A DNA stretch of 64,000 bases, taken from a virus. The stretch lies in IMG/VR virus record IMGVR_UViG_3300033978_000437; one strand, written 5' to 3'. Shown in pieces: positions 44,822-54,569 of this stretch. A program made the position numbers and the translations under genes. Every line of letters begins with the position of its first letter. The stretch's first letter is position 1. A model generated the notes under the pieces. The model did not search any database and was not told the origin of the DNA. It saw only the letters and a list, made by a program, of their open reading frames with translations.

Positions 44822-45959
44822 AAATAAAACCGAGCTGGTTAAGATTGCTCAGCGTTATGATTTCCCGCAATTCGTGAAGGATGCCGATCTGGAAACCACA
44901 ATGGCTCCAGCAACTATCGCAGTCACCGCTTATGCCGATCCTATCCATAAGAAGTACGCATGTCATTCTGCCGCTGCTACTTGGCTGTCTGCAGCGTACT
45001 TCCATGAAAAGTCAGCTGAGTACCATCCTAACGACCAAAACAAAATTTGTGAACGCTTTAAAAGGTTTTCTGATTATTTTGGTATTCGCCCAGCTTACGA
45101 TGCAATAGTCAAGCGTGCCACCGATTTAAAGGGCAGCGATCAACTTCCAGACAGCAGCTATGCTTATGTATGGCAAAGCAAGGATGGAGTTAAGGAACGC
45201 TATTACCCCATGACCAATTCTTTGCAAGTCAAAACTGCAGCTGAGTGGTTGCAGTCAAACTGTGACCGAATACCATTTATTGATCGTAATAAAATTGCCG
45301 ATAAGATTCTAGAGAAAGCTGCTCGCTATGGTGCAAACATGGGCGAAGCTATTACCGACTTCATCGAGAAGCAAGCAGGGCGAGGTATACCCGATCCTCT
45401 AGAAGTATGTAGCATGCTAGAGAACAGAGCCAAGCTTGCGAACAAGCACGAACAGCGTGAGGCGATTACAAAGCTTGCTGCAGCTGTTAGGACTACTCCT
45501 CGCACTGCATTGCAACCTAGAGAGCTAATCAAGTTGGCTGCGATAGTCGATCTGATTGACCATAACATTGGGCTTAAGGGCAAGTACACGGAACTAATCC
45601 CAAGGGCTGAAGATGTCCTTTTCAAAGTCAGTTACACGAAAGCTGCTGCAGATATCACAAAGCTGTGCACACTGCAAACAGGGAACGCATACGATAAGTC
45701 ACAGTTCTCCAAGCTTGCGCGTGAAGATGTAGTCAGCTTATTCGGTAACGACTTTGCTGATGAGGTATGCCGTGGGTTTGACATAGACCCCGAAAAGATT
45801 GCAGAAGTAGCACATACCCTGCCTAGGCCAGATGCGGAGCTGCTCGAACGCTTGATGAGCGAAGCTGGACAGCATCCGCAACTTAGCAAGTCAGCAGAGT
45901 TTCGTGAGATCGATGATGCGACATTGGAAGAACTAGCCAAGGCTTATGGCCAAGGCTAG
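44781..45959 (+). CDS. hypothetical protein (392 aa)
   Basis: long ORF on the + strand; no recognised motif. Confidence 0.7.
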   Translation: MPSPSIVLDPASDKNKTELVKIAQRYDFPQFVKDADLETTMAPATIAVTAYADPIHKKYACHSAAATWLSAAYFHEKSAEYHPNDQNKICERFKRFSDYFGIRPAYDAIVKRATDLKGSDQLPDSSYAYVWQSKDGVKERYYPMTNSLQVKTAAEWLQSNCDRIPFIDRNKIADKILEKAARYGANMGEAITDFIEKQAGRGIPDPLEVCSMLENRAKLANKHEQREAITKLAAAVRTTPRTALQPRELIKLAAIVDLIDHNIGLKGKYTELIPRAEDVLFKVSYTKAAADITKLCTLQTGNAYDKSQFSKLAREDVVSLFGNDFADEVCRGFDIDPEKIAEVAHTLPRPDAELLERLMSEAGQHPQLSKSAEFREIDDATLEELAKAYGQG

Positions 45960-45971
45960 TCCTAAATAATG

Positions 45972-46475
45972 TTACTTCTTCTTAGCTGACCTTACGATCT
46001 TAGGCATTTTTACCGGTTCTACTATCTTTTCCAAACCACCGACCACGATGGTTTGTCCAGCCCTATCTGCCTTCTCGGCAACTGACTGAAATTTTTCTTT
46101 TGCACTAGCCTCTGCTGCTGCCCACAACGCAGTAAACGCTGGGTCAATCGACTGCATCACTGAGTCTGCACCCAGCTGAATGACAGCCCCTAACGCAGCT
46201 TGTACGCTCATCAAGTTCTGCAACCATTGCTTACCTTCTTCTTTGCCTAGCCCCATCGCATACTTCAACAGCAAGGGCTTTAGGAACCCCGCAATTGCAA
46301 AGGGAGGGGTAGCCTTGGTATCCTCCCCTCTAGACAGACTTCCGTCCAAATGAACATCAAAATTGAAGGTATGGTTGCCGGGTGCAACTGTTTCCCCTGC
46401 ATCTTTAAGCTGCTTGAGCTGCTTCTCAACTAATTTACCCAAAGCAGTTACTTCCACGATATTCAAATCACTCAT
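45972..46475 (-). CDS. hypothetical protein
   Basis: ORF track, 167 aa; GGAG RBS. Confidence 0.65.
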   Translation of the reverse strand: MSDLNIVEVTALGKLVEKQLKQLKDAGETVAPGNHTFNFDVHLDGSLSRGEDTKATPPFAIAGFLKPLLLKYAMGLGKEEGKQWLQNLMSVQAALGAVIQLGADSVMQSIDPAFTALWAAAEASAKEKFQSVAEKADRAGQTIVVGGLEKIVEPVKMPKIVRSAKKK

Positions 46476-46477
46476 GA

Positions 46478-46783
46478 TTATTCTCCTAGTGTAAAATTAA
46501 TCCAAACAATTTCCGCTGCTATAGCCTCTTTACGCCTTTTGAATGGGCCAAGGATAGGCCCACCAATAATGTTTGCCCGCCACTGGCAAGGCCAATAGCG
46601 GGTGAATGCTGCGAGATAAGAGGTGTCCTTGACCCGACACCGAATGAGGTGGAACAACCACCGCAATACGGAGTTAACAGGTTCAATGTGACTAACCCTC
46701 TTGATGTTACCCAGCTGTAGTAGCTGGGTAACTGGGCTGACTAGCCCTTGTGTTGTTCCATCTTTTTTGATGAAGATGATCAT
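46478..46783 (-). CDS. hypothetical protein
   Basis: ORF track, 101 aa; GPF..R.EAIAAEI.W motif. Confidence 0.6.
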   Translation of the reverse strand: MIIFIKKDGTTQGLVSPVTQLLQLGNIKRVSHIEPVNSVLRWLFHLIRCRVKDTSYLAAFTRYWPCQWRANIIGGPILGPFKRRKEAIAAEIVWINFTLGE

Positions 46784-48072
46784 TCATCACCCCCACCTAC
46801 CTTAATCTTACGACGAGCTACCTTGCTCTTAGTTTTGATCTCGATGTCTTGAGCTACAAGACGATCAAAGAACTTATTGAATGTTTGCTTGGTTGTAGTC
46901 CTAGCAAAGCTTGAGTTCTTAAGCTGCTTGGTAATCTCAGCAGCAGAACCGCCTAGGGTGCCTAAAGTTGCAGAGATCTCATCTGCAAGGCTGGTTAGGT
47001 TACTAACTTCTGGGTTAGTTCCCAGCATGGTTTTGACTGCGGAGATCTTCTGGGCTAGCCATTGAAGATTCTCAAACGCAGACTGAGTGAGAGCACGATG
47101 CTCTTCAGTCTCGTAGGGCTGTAGTTCCTTGTACTCTGCCTCGGTGAGAAGCATGGTAGTTGGCTTGCCTGTTTGGATGAAGGCATCGGATGACCCGCCT
47201 TTAGGACTTGCTGTCTGTACTGTTACCAGAAGCTTACCCGCTGGTACTTCCTCATCGTCAGTGTGACGGAGGATTTGCTGAACTTCGGCATACCTTAGCT
47301 CTTGCCGTTTGGACTCTAGCCCAGGCAATAGGCGGATACGCTTACCGCAGTTCTTAGCGACTGCTTCGACCATTTCCTTGAACTCAGCAATAAGCTCAGA
47401 GGTAGCACCTTCCACAGAAGCATTGAGTCGTGCTTCTGCTTGTTCTCGTAGGAACTTGGCCGTTGCTGGTGCGACATCTGCCATGGTGAATGAGGCATCA
47501 AAAGGCTCGATGCGAGGCATATCGCAAGTCACTGCGTCCGCAAGTGCATGAGCACTTGGGTACTTGGAACTGATGATATCCCAGTCCTTTGCTAGGGATA
47601 TACGATCCGCCTCCTTAATCCGCTCGTAGTTATCTGGCTCGGATACCCGCTTCCCCCATGTAAGGTACTGCAGTCGTGCTGCATTGAACCTTTCCATGAA
47701 CTCATCCACTTTGCAGGACTCGATCAAGTAGCTACCCTTGATCTTCTCTGGGCGAAGAGTCGAGATATCTTGGGCTGCGGATGCAACTAAGGTATATTCG
47801 GGGATCGTGTAACTGTCACGGATAAGAGTCAACAGCCTACGAAGGGCAGCTCCCTCTTGGATTAGACTGTCTCTAGATGCACCGAGGATCGCATAGGATC
47901 CTCGGATGACTTTGCTGTCTGTGCCAAGACCAGAGGCCAGAACGGCCTTGGCTTGTTCTGTGAAGCCTATGCTTCCGGGCAACCAGCCTACAGTGAACTT
48001 CACTGTGCAATAGGTTACCGTCTTGTTAGTTGCCAATGCTTTGCCTTCTGTACTGAATAATTCCTTCTGCAT
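46780..48072 (-). CDS. DUF3150-like helical protein
   Basis: 430 aa; overall pattern and position downstream of the AAA+ module; weak motif recall. Confidence 0.4.
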   Translation of the reverse strand: MQKELFSTEGKALATNKTVTYCTVKFTVGWLPGSIGFTEQAKAVLASGLGTDSKVIRGSYAILGASRDSLIQEGAALRRLLTLIRDSYTIPEYTLVASAAQDISTLRPEKIKGSYLIESCKVDEFMERFNAARLQYLTWGKRVSEPDNYERIKEADRISLAKDWDIISSKYPSAHALADAVTCDMPRIEPFDASFTMADVAPATAKFLREQAEARLNASVEGATSELIAEFKEMVEAVAKNCGKRIRLLPGLESKRQELRYAEVQQILRHTDDEEVPAGKLLVTVQTASPKGGSSDAFIQTGKPTTMLLTEAEYKELQPYETEEHRALTQSAFENLQWLAQKISAVKTMLGTNPEVSNLTSLADEISATLGTLGGSAAEITKQLKNSSFARTTTKQTFNKFFDRLVAQDIEIKTKSKVARRKIKVGGGDE

Positions 48073-48085
48073 ACTATTCTCCTTA

Positions 48086-48604
48086 TTATTTGGAAACTTT
48101 TTCTTTGAGAGTTGCTAGTAATTTAATTGTGGACATTAATGAGATCGCTAGTTGTTCGTAGTCGATCTTAGACATGTCTATGTCCTTCATTCTCTTTTCC
48201 GTGATCTTGTCAGCAAGCTCATCGAGATCAATGGAGCCAGCTAGATCATCTAGATTGACATTCTCTGCCACTTCCGAGGCACCAATCTCGTAGGCAACAT
48301 CACCTGCATCTATTTCGCTGGCAATTTCGGATGCAGTAAACCGCTCCGCTACCTCTTCTGCCAATAAGCCCTTATCGAGTGCATCCGCAACCGAAGCTGC
48401 TATTTCCTTGAGGCTCCACTTGGAAGAAACCGCTTCTTCCAACTCTAACTCGTTTATCTCTGTGTGTGCAATTGCCCGTATGGACAACTGGATCTGCTCT
48501 TGCATTAACACATTGCTGAACTTCTCCTCGATAACCTCTTTGATGAGGCTATCGATTTTTTCTTGAGGCACTAACTTAACTAGCATTCTTGTAATGATTC
48601 CCAT
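48086..48604 (-). CDS. acidic protein with 9-residue repeats
   Basis: LLAEEVAER FTASEIASE IDAGDVAYE IGASEVAEN VNLDDLAGS IDLDELADK. Confidence 0.65.
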   Translation of the reverse strand: MGIITRMLVKLVPQEKIDSLIKEVIEEKFSNVLMQEQIQLSIRAIAHTEINELELEEAVSSKWSLKEIAASVADALDKGLLAEEVAERFTASEIASEIDAGDVAYEIGASEVAENVNLDDLAGSIDLDELADKITEKRMKDIDMSKIDYEQLAISLMSTIKLLATLKEKVSK

Positions 48605-48617
48605 GTTCTTTCTCCTT

Positions 48618-50465
48618 TTAGAGTTCTCGACTAGTTTTTACTTTTCTAGTCACTTTCTTTGGTGCATCCGTTACAGAGGACTTCCCTGCACTTTTTGGAT
48701 GTTTAAAACGCTCTCCGCTTTCAGAGCAGATACAACCAGCGGACTCTGCCCACTCCATTAAACTATCCATCTGTTTCTGATTCTTTTCGTAGGATGGAGT
48801 TATCCACCTACTTGCGTACTTGATGGTTACGCCCTGTAACTCCGCAAGACGGCAGCACGACATGATGTCAGCTGGAGTCCAATAGTTGTCTTCTGGTCGT
48901 TCTTGTTCAACCAATTCGTGACGCTTCATGTACATAGCCCATGCAGCATCCTTGGCTTCTCTGCCTGGGAAACCTACGAACATTAGGGCATCCACACGAC
49001 CAGAGCGAGTGATCTCGTCGGGTAGATTGCTAATGTTATTAGCTGCCGATAACACCAGATTGCTCTGCTGATTGTTAAACCAGCCAAGCAGCGTACCCAG
49101 CAGACGGCTTTCCACCCCACCGCTTTCGCCACCACCACCTTGAGGAAGGAACCGCTGAAACTCGTCGATAGCAAGGATGCCACCGATCATCTCAACTGTG
49201 GATAGCATCCTCGCTAGGATCTTGTCGGTATCGCCCAGCCACTTGCTGTATAAGTTAGAAGCCTGCATGCTGGACAGCGGAGTGTTGAACTCACCAGAGC
49301 AGCACTGCATGGTGAAGGACTTACCCGTACCCGGGACACCTAGCATAAGGACATGCTTCATACGAGCACGATCTGGCACCTCTGGTCTGAAACCTTTCCT
49401 TAGAAAGTTTTTCAAACCATTAAGCCCAACTACCGACTTGAGCGAGAAGAAGTCACGCTCGGGTCTACAAGTGTGCTCAAAGTAACTGGATAGCATGGGG
49501 TCTAGCCATTTCTCTATCTTCTTGCCGTTCTGAATGAACTTGACCCTAACACGGATTTCCCCTTCTTTGAGCTGTTTGTTCTGGACATGAGTCTCCTCTT
49601 GGATCATCGTCACATCTGTAGCATCTTGCAACTCAAGACAGTTGGGGGTTGGCCACAGCTTGATCTGGGTGACGAACTCGGGGCTCCAGACATCCAGCTT
49701 AGATGCCCTAGACAAGTGGCTTGCCTTCTTCTGGAAGATGGCAGCTGGGTTGAGGTACCCAAAGTTTGCCATCGTCTCTGCTACATACTGGGCCGTCTTG
49801 GCCCTAGATAGGCCCGCAGTTGCGTTTAGCAGGGCTTGGCTGACCTCGGACACTCCTAGGTCTGTAATGATGGTGCTACGCTCTTCCCCAGTAGGAAGCT
49901 CATGCACGACATATTCACAATGGACCATGAGCTCCATCGGAAGCTCGAACTCTGGGGTGGTCTGCATGATCAAGAACACCTGCGTTGCTTGACCTTCATT
50001 GATCAACTTTTGTGCTTGGGCTAGCAGCACCGAGTCTAGTGCACCTTGCTGGCCTTGTGGCATTAGATGCCTATCAAAGTTTCTTACGACTAGCACACGC
50101 ATGTGCTTGTCATCCGCACTAACTTCGTCTGCTGCTGCTCGGTAAGCACGACCACGGATCATGCCTAGCACGATCTCGAAGCAGTCATGCAGCCCGATTT
50201 TCTTAGACGAGCTGCTAATACCCAATGCTGCGATGTCGTCATCCTGCGAGGCATCTGCTGCCCCGAGGTTGACAGGGTTACCATGTGCGTCGGTAACTCC
50301 GTCTGCCACATCCCAGAACAATAGGTCAAGTCTGTCTTCCGTACCTTGGGAAGCCCTTGCCGCTTCTGCCAATTCCCTAAGACACTCCTCTGGCTCGACT
50401 GAGGTAAGCACTAGTCCAGACTGGCCGGCTGCGAAATACCCATTCAATTTTTCTACAATGTTCAT
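48618..50465 (-). CDS. AAA+ ATPase (Ycf46-like)
   Basis: degenerate N-terminal AAA domain; GVPGTGKS, AIDEFQR, AANNISNLPDEITRSGRVD. Confidence 0.85.
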   Translation of the reverse strand: MNIVEKLNGYFAAGQSGLVLTSVEPEECLRELAEAARASQGTEDRLDLLFWDVADGVTDAHGNPVNLGAADASQDDDIAALGISSSSKKIGLHDCFEIVLGMIRGRAYRAAADEVSADDKHMRVLVVRNFDRHLMPQGQQGALDSVLLAQAQKLINEGQATQVFLIMQTTPEFELPMELMVHCEYVVHELPTGEERSTIITDLGVSEVSQALLNATAGLSRAKTAQYVAETMANFGYLNPAAIFQKKASHLSRASKLDVWSPEFVTQIKLWPTPNCLELQDATDVTMIQEETHVQNKQLKEGEIRVRVKFIQNGKKIEKWLDPMLSSYFEHTCRPERDFFSLKSVVGLNGLKNFLRKGFRPEVPDRARMKHVLMLGVPGTGKSFTMQCCSGEFNTPLSSMQASNLYSKWLGDTDKILARMLSTVEMIGGILAIDEFQRFLPQGGGGESGGVESRLLGTLLGWFNNQQSNLVLSAANNISNLPDEITRSGRVDALMFVGFPGREAKDAAWAMYMKRHELVEQERPEDNYWTPADIMSCCRLAELQGVTIKYASRWITPSYEKNQKQMDSLMEWAESAGCICSESGERFKHPKSAGKSSVTDAPKKVTRKVKTSREL

Positions 50466-50479
50466 ACTGACTCCTTTAG

Positions 50480-50677
50480 TTATTCGAATTCATGCACTTT
50501 TATTGACACATCATTTTGATAGAATTCGGGTTTTTTCCGATCTTCTATCACTCCGCCGATTAACGCTTTGGTCAGTGGATCCGTTGCCTTGGTGCAACTT
50601 CCGCCCTTATGCCCAAAGGCTTCTACTTGCACTTCGCCTTTGTCATCGATCATGATGACGATCTTCTTGTTGTTCAT
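50480..50677 (-). CDS. DUF2997-like protein
   Basis: IVIMIDDKGEVQVEAFGHKGGSCTKATDPL...KKPEFYQ. Confidence 0.75.
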   Translation of the reverse strand: MNNKKIVIMIDDKGEVQVEAFGHKGGSCTKATDPLTKALIGGVIEDRKKPEFYQNDVSIKVHEFE

Positions 50678-50679
50678 GC

Positions 50680-51378
50680 TTAACTCCTTGGAAAGACTTC
50701 TATTTTGATTTTGCCGTCGGGAAGTACAGTCTTCTCATACCGACCATACTCAGGGTTTCCAGCTTTGATCTGAGAGACGATGGCCCTTTCTGCAGCCATC
50801 CCTGCATAGGCTTGCTTAAGTTCTCCACCCCAGCTGCCGTCTTTGTACTTGTACTGGCCTACCCCTTGGGCATTAAGCAGCCCATTCCCTTGGGCATAGA
50901 AGTCCGTCATCATTAAGTACTCACCTTTCCTTATTGGGTGAGGGATCAAGCCTATCTCGTAGGCTTTGTTGTTATTACTCGATTGTTTGTATCGAATAAC
51001 GAACTCGGCATCTTGACCTACTGTCTCACTGCATATCTTTTCATACGCAGCTTTGAACTCTGCATCTTGCAGCAGCAACTTTTGCTGGGCTAGGTCCCAA
51101 GACTTTAGCTCCAACTCTGCGAGGTTAGCTGGGAGCTTAACTCCCTGTGATTCTGCCTTGGCATGCACATCAATGCCTTGTCGCTTCAGTACCGCCATCA
51201 TTTTTAACTGATACAAGCCTGGTAGGGGATAATCCCCCACAAGCCTACCACCATGATCGGTGGTCCAAGTTCTATAATGCTTTTGCTTTACTAGCTCTAG
51301 CTCCGGACACTTTTCCTTCACAGTCAAGGCGAGTGCCTCAATATCTGTGACACAAAATCCGCTTGCGAGATGACTCAT
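50680..51378 (-). CDS. DUF1257 (Ycf35)-like protein with insertion
   Basis: MSHL...TDIEAL, EIGL, TDFY, LKQAYA, LPDGKIKIEV; canonical neighbour of DUF2997 and Ycf46. Confidence 0.6.
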   Translation of the reverse strand: MSHLASGFCVTDIEALALTVKEKCPELELVKQKHYRTWTTDHGGRLVGDYPLPGLYQLKMMAVLKRQGIDVHAKAESQGVKLPANLAELELKSWDLAQQKLLLQDAEFKAAYEKICSETVGQDAEFVIRYKQSSNNNKAYEIGLIPHPIRKGEYLMMTDFYAQGNGLLNAQGVGQYKYKDGSWGGELKQAYAGMAAERAIVSQIKAGNPEYGRYEKTVLPDGKIKIEVFPRS

Positions 51379-51388
51379 GATTTCTCCT

Positions 51389-51610
51389 TTATAATGTGTC
51401 GAGAATTTCGTTTATTTTCTTTGCATCTTGCGCTGCCTTCGGTACAACTACCGACCTTATGTAATCTGACATAGTCATTTCTTTTATACCCGCTGCCAAC
51501 TTCACGACGATTTTCTCGTTGTTAGTAAATGGGTAGCGTTTTCTGAGTGGGTGATACGCTCCTCTAGACCGAGCCCGACCCCGCTCATTAAAGACTAAAT
51601 TGACTATCAT
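51389..51610 (-). CDS. ribbon-helix-helix protein, paralog C
   Basis: VKLAAGIKEMTMSDYIRSVV, similar to 27932 and 28135. Confidence 0.6.
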   Translation of the reverse strand: MIVNLVFNERGRARSRGAYHPLRKRYPFTNNEKIVVKLAAGIKEMTMSDYIRSVVVPKAAQDAKKINEILDTL

Positions 51611-51619
51611 TCTTTCTCC

Positions 51620-51880
51620 TTATTTAAATAGTCCAATACGCTTCGCTGTCTTCAGATTCAGCTGCACCTTTTTTCCGATATTAGCTCCATCCATGAAGTG
51701 CCAAGCTTCCTGCCAAGACAACGCATATGGGATGTCTTTGCCGTCCTCTTCTATTCTTGTATCCAAGGCATCCTTGTCGTACACTCTTGGGCCTTCGTGC
51801 CCAGTCACTATGTGGACAAATCCCTTGTCTAAGTTCTCTTGGGTGGATGCCCATACCACTACGACTTTTACTGGTTCCAT
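51620..51880 (-). CDS. hypothetical protein
   Basis: ORF track, 86 aa. Confidence 0.6.
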   Translation of the reverse strand: MEPVKVVVVWASTQENLDKGFVHIVTGHEGPRVYDKDALDTRIEEDGKDIPYALSWQEAWHFMDGANIGKKVQLNLKTAKRIGLFK

Positions 51881-51900
51881 TTTGTGCTCCTATAAAAGAA

Positions 51901-51930
51901 AAAGGACCAGCACTTTCATGCTAGTCCTTT
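51901..51930 (-). terminator. intrinsic terminator
   Basis: AAAGGACCAGCA-6 nt-TGCTAGTCCTTT with a T-tract on the minus strand. Confidence 0.6.
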
Positions 51931-51953
51931 GGTTTATTATTTAACGCTAGTGC

Positions 51954-52202
51954 TTAACGGCAGCAGCGTTTTTTGTGATTAAATCTTTTAATATCAGTAC
52001 TGTTTGGTTTCCAAGGAAACCACGCATCCGGAACTGGTACTTTACCATTGTACTCTTGTTCAAACTGGATGCGGCTGTGCGTCCGAGTTCTGCTTCGGCT
52101 TACTTCTACTTTTCGAGTAGCAGAGCAATTAGCTCCCGCACACTGTGCAGGTTCGCCCGCACTTGTTATCGATAACAATCCTACCGCAATCAAACTCATC
52201 AT
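51954..52202 (-). CDS. small putative secreted protein
   Basis: signal-peptide-like N-terminus, CAGANC, RSRTRT. Confidence 0.5.
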   Translation of the reverse strand: MMSLIAVGLLSITSAGEPAQCAGANCSATRKVEVSRSRTRTHSRIQFEQEYNGKVPVPDAWFPWKPNSTDIKRFNHKKRCCR

Positions 52203-52978
52203 AACGCTTCTCCTTGAGAAGATCCCAGCCCAGCCTTTTGTACAATATCCTGTAGTTGTTTAACCATAGGTTCTGTGCTGCCGTTTTGCAAAGACAACGC
52301 AGATAATTGTTTAGCCAACGCTGAGACATTATCCAGATATATAGCCCGCGTCTCGTTTGTCTTCCCCTGCTGTACTTGATAAATGGCAGAATACATCTCT
52401 GGATCATCGGCGTAATCTGCGTCCACATTTATCGATTGGTCGGCGGGAAACGCCAATCGCAGGACATCGAAGGGGTGAAGTATACCCTCTACCTTTAACA
52501 TTTGTGAAATGTATTCTCGGATTTCTTCACAAAATTCTGAGTCATTCTTATCTTCATCCGGAGGCCATAAAAGCATGGCTTCCGTAATTCCAAGAAGCAT
52601 TTCGTCTGTGTCTGCAGGGTCAAAGACTTCGGGATTGAAGTCGTCCCCTGCGAGTATGTTGCAGATAGATATGAACCTACCTACATCCTTGTAGAAGAAG
52701 TTTGTGGTTACAATTGTAATTGCAGCCATGATTTTATCGAGGGAGAACGAAGGCAGCTCACATTGGAAATCCGCTTCTAACTCCATGCGTATCGTCTCTG
52801 GTGCCCATTGCATAGCTTCTGGGCCATACTTATCCATGACTAGTAAGAATAGCGGTGTAGCAAATGCGTCCTCAGACATCAGCAGTGTGCGCTGAATCAT
52901 CTTCGGAGCTACTGGTTTGCTCAGTTGGCTTGTTGCTGCTTGCTTGAGCAGGTTCTTTAGTAGCTGGTTGTGGACCAT
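52199..52978 (-). CDS. hypothetical protein (259 aa)
   Basis: ORF track. Confidence 0.65.
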   Translation of the reverse strand: MVHNQLLKNLLKQAATSQLSKPVAPKMIQRTLLMSEDAFATPLFLLVMDKYGPEAMQWAPETIRMELEADFQCELPSFSLDKIMAAITIVTTNFFYKDVGRFISICNILAGDDFNPEVFDPADTDEMLLGITEAMLLWPPDEDKNDSEFCEEIREYISQMLKVEGILHPFDVLRLAFPADQSINVDADYADDPEMYSAIYQVQQGKTNETRAIYLDNVSALAKQLSALSLQNGSTEPMVKQLQDIVQKAGLGSSQGEAL

Positions 52979-53363
52979 TGAACTTCCTCTTTCGGTGTTC
53001 CATGCGTAGCTGTAGTGCAGCTAGGTCGCAAAAGATATGCGTTACCGCTGCTTGTGGTAATTGTTCTACCACTTCCGAGGTTTGCGTATCTAGAAAAGAA
53101 GCAGCACCCGAGATGGAAACCCAGCGGGAATCACATACACAGACAGTGGTAACTTGTGGAGTGTCAGTCTTTACTGATACTGCAAAAGCTTCAATTCCAG
53201 ATTTTACAAAGTTCAATGTATCATAGACTTGTGCATCTGAAAATACATTCAGATGCAGCAACCAGTCCGCCAGCCATAAGATTTGCTCTAAATCAGTACC
53301 TACTGCTTTGATGAGACGCTTTGTTGCTGCCTCATCAAGCATGATCATCTCATGTTGGGTCAT
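52872..53363 (-). CDS. hypothetical protein
   Basis: ORF track, 163 aa; ATGA overlap upstream. Confidence 0.55.
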   Translation of the reverse strand: MTQHEMIMLDEAATKRLIKAVGTDLEQILWLADWLLHLNVFSDAQVYDTLNFVKSGIEAFAVSVKTDTPQVTTVCVCDSRWVSISGAASFLDTQTSEVVEQLPQAAVTHIFCDLAALQLRMEHRKRKFNGPQPATKEPAQASSNKPTEQTSSSEDDSAHTADV

Positions 53364-53689
53364 TGACGGGCAGTGACCTCGTAGCGAGCTCTGTAGCTCT
53401 TGGGGGTTGCCCTAGGGTCGGTCAGAGGGATTGGCAAACCCTTCTCATCCTTAAGAGTTTCAAGAGGTTCACCCTCTGCTGTTACAGGATAAGGGCTATC
53501 CACTGTCCGGCTAATGCCAGGCAGACCCTTGATGCCCGCCTTTACAGTTGCTTGCAAGACAAAGTCCCTTGCTTTGGCAGACTGAAGTTCTTCAATCTGC
53601 ATTACGAAGTCAGGCAGATCACTCTCGATAGTGACTATGCCTCGGCTACCATCTCCCAAGATTTCTACTACCAATGCTTTTACGGCCAT
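53360..53689 (-). CDS. hypothetical protein
   Basis: ORF track, 109 aa; AAAGGA RBS. Confidence 0.65.
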   Translation of the reverse strand: MAVKALVVEILGDGSRGIVTIESDLPDFVMQIEELQSAKARDFVLQATVKAGIKGLPGISRTVDSPYPVTAEGEPLETLKDEKGLPIPLTDPRATPKSYRARYEVTARQ

Positions 53690-53756
53690 GTTTAGTTCCT
53701 TTCGTTTGTTGAACTAAGTTTAGTTTAGTATGTTGCCCCTCAAAAAGAAATCAAAA

Positions 53757-54086
53757 TTACTTATCTGAGGGTTTTTGTTTTCGTAGTACTCGCTTGACAT
53801 GCCTACATGCTTTACGGAACTTTTGGAAGTCTTCCACGACTTCCGCAATGATATCCAGCTTAGCCTTTGGTGCTAGGTTAGCTTCCAGCGTGGACTGCAC
53901 CTGCAGCATGAAGCTCTGGTACACATCCGACATGTTATCTCGTTCGGCTTCCATATCATCTCCTTGTCCAATAGCTAAGAAAAAAACCTTCCCATTGCGT
54001 TGTAGCAATAGGAAGGTAACGGCCGCAGTATGAGATTCATTATTATTGCAATAAAGCAACAATAACAAATCGCATACTGCGACCAT
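53757..54086 (-). CDS. hypothetical protein (start uncertain)
   Basis: ORF track; a GGAG-preceded MEAERD is a likelier start. Confidence 0.45.
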   Translation of the reverse strand: MVAVCDLLLLLYCNNNESHTAAVTFLLLQRNGKVFFLAIGQGDDMEAERDNMSDVYQSFMLQVQSTLEANLAPKAKLDIIAEVVEDFQKFRKACRHVKRVLRKQKPSDK

Positions 54087-54091
54087 TGGGT

Positions 54092-54280
54092 TTACCCAAT
54101 TGTTCCTACCATCTTGGTAGGATTTGTAGCGAGTTCTCCTCGCCTTACCTTGATGTCTCTCGGGGCATCAACCCCAAGGGAAACTCTGCCTGTGGAAGTG
54201 TGCAAGATATGCACACTAACTTCTCGACCATCAAGGTCGAGAATAATTATTTCACCGGGTTTTCTAGTAAGTACCAACAT
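54092..54280 (-). CDS. csrA: CsrA/RsmA-family RNA-binding protein
   Basis: MLVLTRKPGEIIIL...VSLGVDAPRDIKVRRGEL matches MLVLTRK.GE.I.I...V.LGI.AP..V.V.R.E. Confidence 0.88.
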   Translation of the reverse strand: MLVLTRKPGEIIILDLDGREVSVHILHTSTGRVSLGVDAPRDIKVRRGELATNPTKMVGTIG

Positions 54281-54281
54281 A

Positions 54282-54569
54282 TTACTCGCCCTCCCAGAAA
54301 TAATTTACGGAATCCAATTGGTCCCAGTCTACTGTCTTTGCCGGATGGGCAAAAAGTTCGACTAGTGCCTCAGGGCTGAAGGCATCGGATGCTTGCTCCG
54401 ACATCCCCACCTTTTGCGGGTCAGCTGCCTCTAGTTGAAAACCCCTTGGCAATTTCTTGCCTTTTCCCTTCAATCTTTTGGCCTTTTGGGCCAACTGTGC
54501 CAGCCGAAACTGGCTACCCATTGTTTCGCCGATTGTTTCCGACATTTTCTCAAACATCACCTCGGTCAT
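54282..54569 (-). CDS. hypothetical protein
   Basis: ORF track, 95 aa; GGAG RBS. Confidence 0.6.
   Translation of the reverse strand: MTEVMFEKMSETIGETMGSQFRLAQLAQKAKRLKGKGKKLPRGFQLEAADPQKVGMSEQASDAFSPEALVELFAHPAKTVDWDQLDSVNYFWEGE

Noticed and set aside
51954-54280. Host assignment to Planctomycetota from the CAGANC secreted peptide and csrA
   Set aside because: Only an impression; these features are not diagnostic without phylogeny or spacer matches.
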